A stretch of DNA of 64,000 nucleotides from Hypanus sabinus (lineage: Eukaryota). The translations under genes and the position numbers were made by a program. Shown piece by piece: positions 47,758 to 60,634 of this stretch. Every line of letters starts with the position of its first letter. Position 1 is the first letter of the stretch. The notes beneath the pieces were generated by a model. It saw nothing but the letters and a program-made list of their open reading frames with translations, was not told the DNA's origin and did not search any database. The stretch is from the NCBI RefSeq assembly GCF_030144855.1, contig NC_082728.1, positions 33,046,001 through 33,110,000 of the forward strand, read 5' to 3'.

Positions 47758-47931
47758 AAATGCTGGACGAACTCAGCAAGTCAGGCAGCATCTATGGAGG
47801 GAAATAAACTGTTGATGTTTCAATTTAAAAGACACTTTATCAGGAGTCCTGATGAACGGTCTTTGCCCAAAACGTTGACTATTTATGTCCCTCTATAGAT
47901 GCTGCTTGACTTGCTGAGTTCCTCCAGCATA
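47758..47931. repeat. Imperfect palindrome formed by two head-to-head Penelope terminal fragments
   Basis: The left arm tgctggacgaactcagcaagtcaggcagcatctatggaggg matches the reverse complement of the right arm at 38 of 41 positions; the centre is tcaggagtcctga. Confidence 0.8.
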
Positions 47932-48214
47932 TTATGCATGTTGCTCAAAATTTCCACCATCTGAAGTATCTCTTGTGTCTATACTATACTGTGCATCTTA
48001 TTGAATGGCGGAGCAGGCTCGATGGGCCAGATGGCCTACTCCTGCTCCTATTTCTTATGTTCCTATGTCCTTATGACACAGTGGTCACTCCTGGACCATT
48101 TTGGGACTCTGTGGTTAGATTATTAATATTCTGTGTGTTATTTGCTTGTTTTTTTGCTGTTTGCGTAATTTGTTGTTTCTTTGGAAGTTAAGAACAGGGA
48201 CTTCATACATAAGA

Positions 48215-49215
48215 GCATAAGAAATAGGAGCAGGAGTAGTCCATCTGGTCCAATGAGCCATGATTCAATGGCTCCACCATTAAATCAGATGATGGCTGAT
48301 CTGGCTGTGGACTCAGATTTCCCGCATAACCATTAATTCCCCTGCTATGCAAACATCTAGCTAACTCTGTCTTAAGTATATTTAATAAGGTAATTTCTGC
48401 TGCTTCCCTGGGCAGGGAATCCACAGAATCACAACTCTCAGGTAAAGCAGTTTTTCCTCATCTCTGTCCTAAGTCTATTCCCCTAAATCTTGAGCCTATG
48501 TCTCCTAGTTCTAGTCTCACTTACTTCTATCCTAACACTATCCATTTCATACCTACATGTTTCTATCAGGCCCTCTCTCATTCTTCTGAATTCCAGCAAA
48601 TGTAGTCCCAAACAACTCAATTTCTCCACACTGGCTAACCCCTTTATCTCCGGAACAAAGCTTGTGAAACTTCTCTTCACCAGCTCCAAAGTCAGTACAC
48701 CTTTCTTCATAGAAGGTCAGAACTGCACACAGTACTCCAAGTGCGGCCTCACCAGAACACTGTATGTTTGCAGCGTAAACTCACTGCTCTTAAATTTAGT
48801 CCCTCTAGCACTGAATGCCAACATTCCATTTGACTTCTTGAAACCTGTTGCTCCTGCAAACAAACTTTTTGTGATTCATTCACAAGCACACCCAAGTCCC
48901 TCTGCACAACAGAATTGGAAAACCTTTTAGCATTTAAATAATAATCTAATTATATTCATGGATTCATAGAAAAGAACACCTCAGAAACAGGCCCGTCAGC
49001 TCATCTAGTCCATGCTGAAACATTTAAACTGCCAACGCCCATTGACCGTCCAAACTCCTGATATTCCAGTTGAAATTGAGCTGGCATGCACCACGTCAAA
49101 AACCTCTGAGTGAAGAAGTTTCCCTTTATATTCCCCTTAAACTTTTCACCTTACACCCTTAACCCATGACCTCTGGGTGTAGTTCCACCTAATCTCAGTG
49201 GAAGAAGTTCCAGGA
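48215..49215 (-). mobile_element. CR1 3-prime fragments (two)
   Basis: LEFRRMREGLIET and LVRPHLEYC motifs on the minus strand, plus CR1 3-prime UTRs. Confidence 0.8.
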
Positions 49216-49248
49216 GTCTCCTGCATACCCACATATTGATAGCAGCTT

Positions 49249-50535
49249 TGTCATGTACCTCTAGGGTTTATTTTTTCTGAGGACTGTCACTTTGAAATGC
49301 TGAGAGAAAGAGACTGACTTTTGGACAGTCGGATTCCTACTGACTGCAGAGTTGCTTCGTTACTGTGGTGGAGAGAGGTGGAGTTATTTGATGGACAATC
49401 AATGTTATGGTTTTTCTGCAGCTTGTTTACTTTTTACAAGGATAGTCACAGACACGTACAGTTAGAGTCAAGATGGATTCCATCAATGGAAGACACCAGT
49501 GAGTCGGTCGCTGGTTTAATCTTTCAGTAGCCCAAAAAGGGATGAGTTGAGATCAATCCAGAGTATCAATAAATGACTCTCACAATTTTGCTGCAACTAG
49601 AAGAAGTTTGCAGAGAGAGAGGAGTGGAGAGGAAGGTTTGAAACAGAAGATACTTAGTGACAAAGAGATCACTATTTGGACTCTCTCCAAGTAGACCGTG
49701 AGGGTGAGTTTTTTTCCATTCGGCTACCAAAGTGTTATTGTCACTCAGTTAATCCACAGGAATGGTTCTCTGGTGAGGGGAGAACCTTTGTGAATACTGC
49801 GTGTGTGTTTATCCTTTGTCTGGGCATGGTAGTTCACTGAAGATAGTTACCCCTGTGGCAAATCACTATTAGAGTTATTTCGTATGCCGTGCAACGGGAT
49901 AAGTGACTATTATATTGTGTGTGATTGGGGTAACATTGTGGAATCTACCAGTGTGTGGACCCTTGCCTGAGTGGTGGTTCCCTTAAAGATGGTCCCTGTT
50001 GTGATAAGCTACTGTTGGTGATAACCCATATGTGGATTCGGTTTGAGTATCGTGTGGCCACCACTTTGATTGTCCCGTAGCTGAACTCGGGTGTGATACC
50101 ACTCGTGTTGAAAGGATATTCGTTGAAGATCACTGTCGGTGATACTTTGTGTGTGGAATGGAACAACTGCGGAGGTAAAACCTATGGCTGTTGTTGTTTT
50201 GTATTGCTGTTGTGGAATCTGTGGAATATCGATGTAATTGACTTCTCACAACAGTTGTCTTTGGATTACAAATTATCTCGCATTAATTAACCTGCGCATT
50301 TGAACTGAACTTCTCTTATACACCATCATAAGACTGTATCACTTACCACCTACGCTTGAAGAAGTTTGGGGATTTATCTATTTACACCTATATATGCATA
50401 ACAACATGAACTCTTGATTTACCCAGTTTAAGCTACTAAATGATGTTGTTACTAATAAAGTAGTGTTTTGTTAACAGCAAAACCAGACTCCAGGTGTGTT
50501 CTATCGCTGCAGATACTTCTACAGGGTTACGTAAA
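49249..50535 (+). mobile_element. LTR-like non-coding element (solo LTR or non-autonomous)
   Basis: Starts TGTCATG. About 250 bp of its interior (about 49490-49800) matches 54250-54560 in inverted orientation. No TSD found. Confidence 0.5.
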
Positions 50536-50547
50536 AGTATAGATTAC

Positions 50548-51281
50548 AGGCTCCCTGACGCCCGCAAATATTATCCAATATCCTGGAAATCAATTTTTTT
50601 TGAGTGGGTGAGGGAGGGGGGAGGAGGAGCGAGAGCGAGAGGAAGCATCCTGATTGGTCTCTAAGTAGACCTATCAGTTTCCTGTGGGCGGGCTTTACAG
50701 TTGACCTCCCTCTCTCATTGCCCATCAGTTCAGTTTAATGTCCTGCTGCGCCATGGCAGAGTGTTCCAAAAAAAGAAAATATAAAACGTAGTTCACCCCA
50801 GACACCACTAAAGTGCACTCCTGCTTAATCCGGGTCAAAAGTAATGACAGTGTTGCTCACTGCACTGTTTGCAACAGTGACCTCTCTATTGCCCATGGTG
50901 GTGTAAATGACTGTAAAAGACATGTTGAAGTGAGTTTATGAGATGTCACTCGTTCATTAGCATAGCTAACGGTATTTAAACTAGCTGGCTAGCGACTGAG
51001 GAGTTACTCTATTGACGTCCTACGTGATAAAGCTAAACTCCCTGTAGACTTGCTTATAGTTGTAATAGAACAAAAAAATGACTCCATGATAATATAATAC
51101 AAATACATATTTTAATGTCACATTTTCTGCATATACCCAACTTGGTTTACAGATTAGACAAAATCACTAAACAAAGTATTACATACACTCTTGGAGGTCG
51201 ACTGGAGGTGGGGGGATATGGAGTTGTGGGGGGCTGGGGTGTTACCTCCATGAAATCAGTTTTTGCGGGATGGGATGTCTG
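50548..51281 (+). mobile_element. Non-autonomous hAT-like element with BED-finger remnant
   Basis: AHCTVCNSDLSIAHGGVNDCKRHV (BED zinc finger). Imperfect terminal repeats cag...cccgcaaa / tttgcggg...ctg. Confidence 0.55.
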
Positions 51282-51549
51282 CTTTCATATCTCCCCTCAA
51301 TCCTATATTCGAAGGAATAAAGTCTATCCTATTCAAGCAACACACATCAGATGTTGGAGGAAATCAGCATCGATGGAAAAAAGGACAGTTGACGTTTCGG
51401 GCCGAGACCCTTCGGCAGAACATTCACCTTTTCCGACCTATTCAACCTTTCCTCATACTCAGATCCTCCAGTCCCATCAACATCCTTGTGAATATTTTGG
51501 AACTCTTTCAACCTTATTTACGTCTTTCCAGTAGGTAGGTGATCAAATC

Positions 51550-52140
51550 TGCACATGACACTCAAGGTTCAAATTCATCCTCTTGACAGAAGTCCACGAA
51601 ACAAGGAAACCCCAGAGAACAACAGAAACATCGAAGCCCCCCTCCCTTCACACAAACAGCAGCAAAAGCACTGATCCCCTCACCCCTCCACCTGCGCAAG
51701 CAGAAATACCGACTCCCCCACCCCACCACCATGCGGACAGCAGCAGAAGTAGCAAGGAGCCCATTGATCCAGAGTCCATCAGGCTACAGTTCACAAAGCT
51801 GCAATTCGGTATCTCTCTCTTCACCAAAGGAGCGAGAGGTCTCTCTTGCAACAAGAGCGGAGAAGCGCGACTTGCTGTTCCGGTGTCACTTTCTTCTGCG
51901 TCGTTACCAAGGCTTCCGTCTTATGGACCAACAGGCTGTGTCTCCATCGAGAGACAGAAAGGGACGGATCACTCTAGTACAGGGGTTTCCTTCGACAGCA
52001 GCCAGCAGTTAGCAAACATGGCACCTGCTGTCTCGGTGTCCCAGTCTTGCTGTTTCCGTCTCCAATGATGCCTGGCCGGCAAAATCGGCGACCAGCTGGC
52101 TGCTCCCCGACTTCTGACCTCCCAGCCCCGAGGGCGCGAG
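51550..52140 (-). mobile_element. LINE-derived non-coding fragment (Rex1-like)
   Basis: Composition and motifs resemble recurrent elasmobranch LINE-derived repeats; no clear protein motif. Confidence 0.35.
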
Positions 52141-52265
52141 AAAATGAACATATCTGGAGGTAATGAAGCTCTCGGACTAACAGTAGAGATAGCGGAGATA
52201 TCGCGAGATAACGAAGCACTGGGACTCACAGTTCGTCTGAAAACCCACTGCTTCTGAAGAACTAG

Positions 52266-53468
52266 ACTCCCTGTCCTCGTTAGATGCATCTTCATACTAT
52301 GCGGATTCAGTTATGCGAGGAACCGGGTTCTACCACGTCTCATTATATGCGTCAAAAACTCTCAGTTATGCGAGGAGCCCCGCTTTCCCGTCAATATAAG
52401 TCAGCTGCGCGCGCCTCACAATCTCACTCCCGCCAGATGAGCATTGGTTTTGGCAAGCTATGGATGTGGGATCTTGTGCTCTTAAACTTTTGTTGGGTTT
52501 ACCTGTGGGGTAATGATTTTGTGCTTGAAATATTTAACCGTGCTTCCTAAGCGTCCAAAGTCATTTCCTTGGCCATCAGAACTGCTTTAACATTTTGAAA
52601 AAAAGTTGGAAATTATAAGCAGCGCGGCATCAGGTAAAGGTTACACGGCTCTAGGACGCTCCTGCCGGGAACAGAACCTTGCCTGTAAAGTTCTTCTGTT
52701 GCTTGAGAATGCGCCAGCCCAGCCTAAACATTTGGGCAGCATTCATCGTAATATAACAGTGCGTTTCCTGCCGCCTAACACAACATCGCTGATTCAACCA
52801 CTCGACCAAGGTGTGATCCACATTCAAGTTTTTTTTTACGGCGAAATATCTCTCAGATGCTGCAAGCAACAGACGACTTTGAAAATCCCGGGAGGTTACC
52901 AACGGTGAGGGAATGGTGGAAGTTGGAACATTTGGCACAAATGGCGATGACATGGACCCAAGTTTAGAACGGAGTCTCATTTCAGTTGTTCCCTGCCATC
53001 AACCCTTCTCCCCACAAGCAAATTTATGCTGAAAAACAAAATGCTGCCAAGCAAACAACCCACACTACATTCTTCAATCTGGTGTCGTCACCTGCCGTTC
53101 TGTGAGTCTCCTTCACCCCTTGCTGTGCTCGATGTCCACCTTTTCCATGTAATGCTGCCCGACACCACAACAACCACTCATCTCCCGGAGCGAACACACC
53201 TGCCACTGTTGGTGAGTACTGTACACCCAAGTATGTTAACTTTCAATGATTTTTTACATTGAATATTACCTTAAATTGATGAAATATAATATAAATGTTG
53301 CCTTGTGATACTGATTTTGTGTCATATTGGTATGAAAATGTGAATAAATTACAGATTTATTAATAAATTTATAATAAATTACAGGAAGCCCTCTGGAACG
53401 CATCCCTGTTTTCTCCATTTAAATAATTAGACTGCAATGAAGTCATCCCCCGCATATAACGACGATGG
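52266..53468 (+). mobile_element. Tigger/pogo-like DNA transposon, internally deleted
   Basis: DDE_1 motif LLLLENAPAQP...FLPPNTTSLIQPLDQGVI. Imperfect TIRs tcctcgttagatgc / gcatataacgacga. Confidence 0.8.
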
Positions 53469-53517
53469 AAATTTTCACTACGCTATGGACAGAAGAATAT
53501 GAATTCTGGTTTTACTT

Positions 53518-54905
53518 ACAATGCCTATAGAAGATATTCACTCCCTTGGAAGTTTTCATATTTTATTGTTTTACAACATTGAATCACAAAGGTTTTAATT
53601 TGACTTTTTTGACACTGATCAACAGAAAAATTCTGGTGTCAAAGAGAAAACTGATTTTTACAAAGTGATTTAAATTAATCACAAATATAAAATACTAATA
53701 TTTGAGTGCAGAAGTATTCACCCCTTTAATGTGATATGTGGAACCAGCAATAATAAATGTGGAACGGAGCCAGGATATTATCAGCATGCCACAGAATTTA
53801 TTATCACTGAAGTAGAAACATAGAAAATTAAAGTTCAGTCAAGAATGTCAGTTCAGAAAGTTTCAGGTATTCATAAGGGTCATTGAGAGGAGAGACTTTT
53901 AGATTTGAGGTGTAGCGAAGAGACTATCTTGAAGACTGAGATTCAAAATGCAGTGAAGGAGCGAGTCTCACAGAGGTATGTCAGAAACAGCCACCGTACC
54001 TTTCTGAAGGTGATTTGGCAGACACCCAGTAGACAAAAAGTGAGAATTTCTCCACATAACTGACAGGAGAAGTCCCTTTTCCAGAACTGGTCACCACACA
54101 CCTGAGACTTTGCAGGGGTCACCAAAGTGAGGGCCAAAAATCCACATTTGGATTACCCAGTTCCACAGCATATGAAGTAACTCCAACAATGATTTGCCAC
54201 AGGGTTGCCTTCTTCAGTAAACTACCACACCAAGTCAAGGGTTAACACACACGTGGTATTCACAAAGGTTTTCCCTCACCAGAGAACCCACACCTGTGGA
54301 TTAACTGTGTGACAACCACACTTTTGTATCCAAATAGAATTAGACTCATCCCTACAGGTTCTTGGAGAGAGTCCAAATAGTGATCTCTTTATCTCTAGGT
54401 TTCTTCTGTTTCAAACCTTTTCTCTCCCCTCTTCTCTGCAACTGCCTTCAGCTGCAGCAACTGTGAGAGTCATTTATCAATACTCTGGATTGATCTCAAC
54501 TCACCCCTTTGGGTCACTGTAAATTTAAACCAACGACCCACTCACTGGTGTCTTTCCTTGACAGAAACCACACTCGACACTGTGGAGCACCCTGTGCTGC
54601 TCCTTTTATACTTTTGGGGTAGGTCATCGCGTGACACTCACAGAAACAAAGTCACAGATTTCCACTACATCATGTACTGTCCCAAGAATTGAGACTGGGG
54701 TACATAACACACAGATTCCCAGTACATCACGTACCATCCTAGATGTTGAAACGGGTTCATAACAAATGTGAAACACTAAATCATCTGTCGTGCAGTCAAT
54801 TGGTTTTAGAAGTCACATAATTGGCTGAATGGAGATCACCTGTGTGCAGTCAAGGTGTTTCAATCGATTGTAGTAAAAATACACCTGTATCTGGATGGTC
54901 CAAAT
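53518..54905 (+). mobile_element. Tc1-like element end, interrupted by an LTR-like insert
   Basis: Tc1-type terminal sequence with repeated gtattcacccc motifs; it continues at 54765. Confidence 0.6.
53737..54764 (-). mobile_element. LTR-like element inserted in Tc1
   Basis: Termini TGTGG / ATAACA; homologous to 49249-50535 in inverted orientation. Confidence 0.55.
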
Positions 54906-56494
54906 GATGTTTGAGTTTTGAGGGACTGCAACCACTGGAGAGGGCTGGGTAGATAGTGGTACTGGCCATGAATGGTGTGGGGATGTTGGGAAATGGTGTA
55001 GCTTCAGGTGGAGGGGAGGATCTGGAAAAGGAACTGGAAATGAAGGGCTCGGGTGAGGGTGGGTTGGTGGGAGGAGGTTGGAAGGAAGTTGAATTCAGAT
55101 CTGGAAAACAGAAAGAGAAACATAATATTGGAATGAATTCAAGTGATGGAGAGGAAGGGATGGATATTTTGGAAAAAAAAAGGAAAGAAGACTTGAAGGT
55201 ATTGTTTAAATTTCAACCAGGACAGCTGCTCTCCATCAATCCCATTAAATTAACTAGAGAGCTAAAAGTGGCCATAGGGAAAATAGATTGTGCTGGTACT
55301 TTAAGTGGAGGGAAGGTGTTAATTTTTTGTAAGGATAAAAAGCAGTCTGGGAAAGCATTATGATTGAAGACTTGGTAAAAAGATATTATTTATTTTGCCT
55401 GTGGAAAATAGAGATGTTAGGGATGTTGCAATAGGTGTTCCATTGGAGATTTTGACAGAAGAGGTTAAATCTCATTTATTGGGAGGCAAGTTTAAGGAGT
55501 TAAAGAGATTGCAAGTAGTCAGAAATGGGGAAAGGATAGATAGGTTGTCTATATCGATATGTATTGATGAAGTGAAGCTCCCTGATAAAGTTAGTTTGGG
55601 GCCTGTTAGTTATAATGTTTGAGCTTATATTACTCCCCTGCTTAGATGTTCCAAATGTCAGAGGTTTGGGCATGTTGCAGCAGTATGTCATGGGAAACCA
55701 AGATGATGTAACATAAATATGAAAATTGTAAACATGTAAAATTTAATTGTTGTAATAGCAGAGGAGAACATTATGCAGCTTATAGAGGTTGTGAAATGCT
55801 TAAGGCAGCTGAAGTCAAAAGGTTAAAGTATAGTTTGGTGTGTCTTATGCAGAGGCTGTGCAAAAAGTAAAAGCAAACATTGATAAATTATTCCTGGTCA
55901 GAGAACAGACTGTGAAGTCAAAGGCTATATGTTGGCATCATGCTTCACCCACTAAAGATAATTTACTAGCTGATAAACTTAAGTTTGTGATGTTCATAAT
56001 GAGGGTGGTGAATTATACTGCGCAGACATCTACTCGTAGAGAAGGTTAAAATTATTGTAAAAGCAGCAAGAAAAATATCTGAATATAACAGGTGTTATGT
56101 GGGAAGCTGTAAATGAAGCTCTAATGGGTGGGGTATCTGTATTTCAGTCTCCTTCTGAAATACCTAATGGTCATAATATTACAGTGGAATGCAAAAACCT
56201 TGATTTCTAATTGTCAAGACTTTAAGAAGTTTGTTTCTGATTTATCAACTCCACCTGATATTATATGTATTCAGAAAACCTGGTTGTTACCACATTTAAG
56301 TTTTTCCTTGCAGGATTATATTATAATTGGGTGTGATAGATTAGTTGGTAGACGGGGTGGTGTTGCAAGTTTTGTAAGGAAAGGGATAGGACATAGAGTT
56401 GTGGATGTAAATGAAGTATGTGAGGCACTTGTAATGGAAGTATTTGATCCAACAGGTAGTGATGTTAAAGTGGTAAATTTTTACAACTCCGGTG
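54906..56494 (+). mobile_element. Nimb/I-group LINE, ORF1 and start of ORF2
   Basis: ORF1 has the CCHC knuckle LRCSKCQRFGHVAAVC; ORF2 APE starts ILQWNAKTL...PDIICIQKTWL. Confidence 0.8.
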
Positions 56495-56809
56495 CAATGT
56501 TCCCTCTAATTTTTAGCAGTCAGTGTGTGCAAAAATCTTATGTTGTGCAAATTTTTTTCCTGTAATAGAAGTATGTGCGCACTGAATGCTCATGTGGCAC
56601 AATTTATTTAGGTTTGCAAAATATTTGACATAAAACTGCACATGATAACAACAAAATAATATACAGATTTAAGTCACTTAGTTATTTTTTCTCTCTCCTC
56701 TCTTTGGCATTTACCCATTCTTTGTAAACTTTATCTAGACTAATGGAACTTCCATTCAATTGATTGTTTTTGATTCTCATTATCATATCCAAATGACATT
56801 CACCTAAAC

Positions 56810-58003
56810 TAGTGGTCACCAACCTTTTTAAGGCCAAGATCCCCTACCTGGGCCTTAGTAAAAGGCAAGATAAACCCCAGAGCAATTAGTTACACGCATG
56901 CGCACCGGGGCAGAAAAGACCGGAAGTAAAACCCTGCAACCCAGATGTAGAAATAATGTATAAACACCAGGGGTACCCACACTTCTTTTGCAATGCGGAC
57001 CAATTTAATATTGACAATATTCCTGCAGGCTGGCCGACGGGTGAGGGGGGTGTTAAACACGATGGGAATACAGCGATACTAAAAGCAGGTTCCTTATGTC
57101 CAGTCTATTCCGCAATTTAGTTTTCGCAGCTCTCGTCACTGAGTTTCTGTCCCATGCTGCTCACGTTTTTTTCCGCTGAATAATCTCAACGTGTTTGTCA
57201 TTAAGTGCTGGGTGCTTAGACTCAGGGTACTGAAGCAGCCTTGAGGGCTTCATTGCCTCATTGGACAGCTCCCCGGGTCTGAGCTCCAGCCCCTCACCCA
57301 CCCGCTGCCAGATGCCTTGGCCATTTGCAGCTGGTTATGGATCGGGTGAGAGGACAAGGTTAGGGCTGGAGGTCCCCGTGCCAGGGCCATGCCACTCGCA
57401 GTCCGGGGAGAGCGTCCGACCGAGCGAGGAGTGCGACAGGACGCACGCCCGCCCCCCTTGTAGGATCTAACGGCCGATAAAAGTTTGCTTCAGTAGAGCG
57501 CAGCAAAGTAGTTGCATGATACTTAAGAAACGATGAGCCTGAATTAGGTCATTTGCAAATATTTTCGCACCGGATTCCCCATGAACGTACGGTGTGGTAA
57601 ACAGGTTCAGAGACAGTGCTCCAGGCCAGTAGCGATGGCACTTCCCGCCGGCCGGCCAAGGCCAGCCAGTGATCCCTGGTGCGAGGGTACCACTGTGTTT
57701 AGGCAACTGATGCCCTTGCGTCGATTCAACTTCAACAGTGGATGTTACAGGGAATGAGGTAAGGTGCAGCTGAATCCTATCACTTCCTCACGTCCCACTG
57801 GTTGGGGAACACTGAAGTACACTGTGTAATGTGGAGGAGCTACACGCTTGCGCACTGGGCAGAAAGAACAGAACTAAAACCCCGCAACCCAGAAACAATC
57901 TCTCAACAGTATTTGTGTGTGTATTTTTCATTTTTTTCGGGATCTACTCAGAAAGTCTCAAAGATAAACTAGTGGATCGCGATCAATGGCTTGGCGAACA
58001 CTA
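56810..58003. mobile_element. Non-autonomous hAT (MITE-like) nested in the ZNF862-like hAT
   Basis: Perfect 8-bp TSD ACCTAAAC (56802-56809 and 58004-58011). TIRs tagtggtcaccaa / ttggcgaacacta match at 11 of 13. A subterminal direct repeat lies at about 56893 and 57843. Confidence 0.88.
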
Positions 58004-58910
58004 ACCTAAACAGTTTCTCAGCTTGCCTTTGTGTTGATTCATTAGGCTAGAACCTCGCTCACAGTCTGCACTAGATGCAAGAAAGGTTTCCCCATCAACT
58101 GTGCAAGATTGCAAAACTCTTCATTTTGAAGTACAAATGCCAGCATTTGGGCAAAGTTTGAAATCATTTTGAATTTAATTTTTTCTTGCATGGAAAATTT
58201 GATATCATTAAACTGTCTAACTATTACAGTATTTTCAGCTAGAAAATCATGATACTTTGGACATAAGGCATTAACCTGTTCATCGTCATGTGAAGGAACA
58301 ATCTGCAATTGCTCAGAAATCAGAAGCTGACCATTCTTGTACCTCAACTTCAGGAAACCTTTCTTCTAAATGAACACAAAGAATATTTATAAAGTCAACA
58401 GCGAACTTGTATCTACAGTGACATTTTCTTCAAGTTGTTGGCTTAGCAAAACTTTAACTTTGTCACTCCAGGAAACATTGTCTCCCAGGTACTGCTTTCT
58501 TACCTTGTTAATTTTGTCTGGTGCAAAATGAAGTGAATGAATCGGTGTCAGGCCACTCTTTGCAGAATCTTGCACGGTGCAGCCAGTTCATCAAAGACAT
58601 CACTTAAAAGCTGTAAATCTACTTTGCATGTGATGTTTATCAATTTCTTGTGACAGTATTTGGCCACAGGGTCATTTGACTGATCTTCAAAGTATGTGAT
58701 CAGTGCCTCATAATTTTTAACTATTGCCTGCAATGCAAAGTGTCTGGATAACCATCTGACTTCATAAAGTGATCTGAAAGCAACAGCTTCATTTTCATAG
58801 GCCTCTGCAATTTCTTTAAATTCACATCTTTTTTGTGTTCATCCATCGTTGACGTCGATGAGACTAGCATGTGATTTGGATTTAAGTGAGGGAGAGTTGC
58901 ACAGCATCAG

Positions 58911-59350
58911 CCTCACTCTCTCCTCCCAATTCCCATCTGGATCCAGTGGCAAGACAAGAGTCGAGACGGGTCTAGGCACAGTGGATGACTAGGACGTCTT
59001 CTGTGTCTTGTCCTGTTGTACACGATCCACGATGCTTGCAGCGACTGCCATCTTGACCGTTGGACCTTCCAATGGTCTCATCTATTCAATCTGCCAGAGT
59101 CTGTCTTCACATGCTGGGATAGACAACTCCCTATCTCACCGAGGGTTTGAGACCTGTCAGCTACCCTCACCTGGTTAGCCGGCTTGTCAAAGCTGTTGCC
59201 CGGGGTGTGGCCACTGTCGCATGCAAACAGCTACGGGGAGCCACAGGTGAGAGCTGAGTGCCAGGTCGGACCAAAGGTGGACAAACCACCTTGAAAAGGA
59301 CGCGACATGTTCCCCCACCAGAGGTGCTACCCCACCCTGACACCCCATAC
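58911..59350 (-). repeat. GC-richer insert within the hAT transposase, possibly RTE 5-prime-derived
   Basis: Interrupts the transposase reading with an abrupt compositional shift; family assignment is from memory only. Confidence 0.35.
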
Positions 59351-59828
59351 ACCTTTTAACTGCAGATCGAGAAAACACTGTATAGACTGTTCTCATCAAG
59401 GTTTCAATGTCTCCAACTTGACTTCTTTCCAAGCATCACAAATCCCCAGATCTTCACGGGGTGCTAGACAGTGTTGCTCAACTAAATGTGGAATGTCCTG
59501 TTTAAGTCTTGCTGCAACACCATTAACTCTGCCCAACATTACTGATGCTCCATCAGACGTAAACATCACCATTTTATGGAGGTCAAGTCTCTGCTCTTCA
59601 TAAAACAGCTTGATCACTGAAACAAACAAAAAAGCATCACACGCCTGCAGCTGAACGATTCCGTCAAAAAACGTTTTATAAACAGTACAATCTTCAGATC
59701 TGAATTTGAAGTACAGAATGAGACATTTGTTGACAGAATGGCCTGTGTTTTCATCAATTGCTAATGTGTAAAAATCTGCTGATGCTATTTCTTCAAACAT
59801 GTCTTTCTGAATTTTTAGATATTTCACA

Positions 59829-60630
59829 TCTTCTGTGTCTTAATGATGGGAAGGGCAAAAGACTTAATGTTCATTATAATTCTGAAACTGCTACAGATTT
59901 AACCTTAGTTTCGAACATTCTGGCTGGAGTAAGTGAGTGGGATGTCATGGGAGATGAAACATTGGGCAGTGATTATTTTCTGATATTCATAAGGTTGGAT
60001 GTAGATTTCTATAGGGGACAGGAGGCCACTTTTAGGAAGTGGAATTTTGGTAAAGCAAATTGGGAGAGGTTTAAGGTTTTATGTGATGAACATCTGTCAG
60101 GGCTGAATGTTGTAGATTATGTGGATTTCTGCAATGAAAGGTTATGTCACATTATTCATCAAACTGCTGTGGAAGTGATGCCTATTAAAAAGGGCATTAA
60201 TAGTAGAAAAGCTGTACCACGGTGGACTTGGGAGTGTGCAGAGGCAATGAGGGAGAGAAATGAGGCATTTAGGAAAATTAAGTGTCACTCTTCGAGTGAT
60301 GTTATTAAATATAAAAGGGCACAGGCTGTGGTAAGCCAAGTAGTGAAGGTGCTAAAAAGGTTTACTGCAGGTCATACTGTGATAGTATTGGAAGGGATAT
60401 TAAACTTGGAGATATTTGGAGAATATTTGTAACAAATGTGGGAGGCGGGGATTCATAGTTCTAATAACATTCCAGTATAGATTAAAGAAGGTAATATGGT
60501 TATTACTGAAACAGAGAAGGTTGAGTTACTGGCTAGGTCATTTATTGTAATTCATAATCAAAATAATTTAGATTAAGAGGCTAAACGATGTAGGAATAAG
60601 GCTCTAAGTGACTACCCTGATGTGTTTTAG
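59829..60630 (+). mobile_element. Nimb/I-group LINE ORF2 endonuclease C-part and linker
   Basis: LCLNDG...TDLTLVS...LGSDYFLI...WNFGKANWE...AVPRWTWEC; RT is missing. Confidence 0.78.
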
Positions 60631-60634
60631 ACCA

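Larger units (their letters stand above)
56495..59828 (-). mobile_element. hAT transposon, ZNF862-like transposase, one end deleted
   Basis: Terminus caatgttccctcta at 56495. Minus-strand ORFs read TLAIDEN...FTSDGASVMLG...VEQHCLA; coding sequence breaks at about 59828 where the LINE resumes. Confidence 0.8.

Noticed and set aside
51583-52068. 161-aa proline/serine-rich ORF
   Set aside because: It lies in a LINE-derived low-complexity fragment with no domain motif or splice support.
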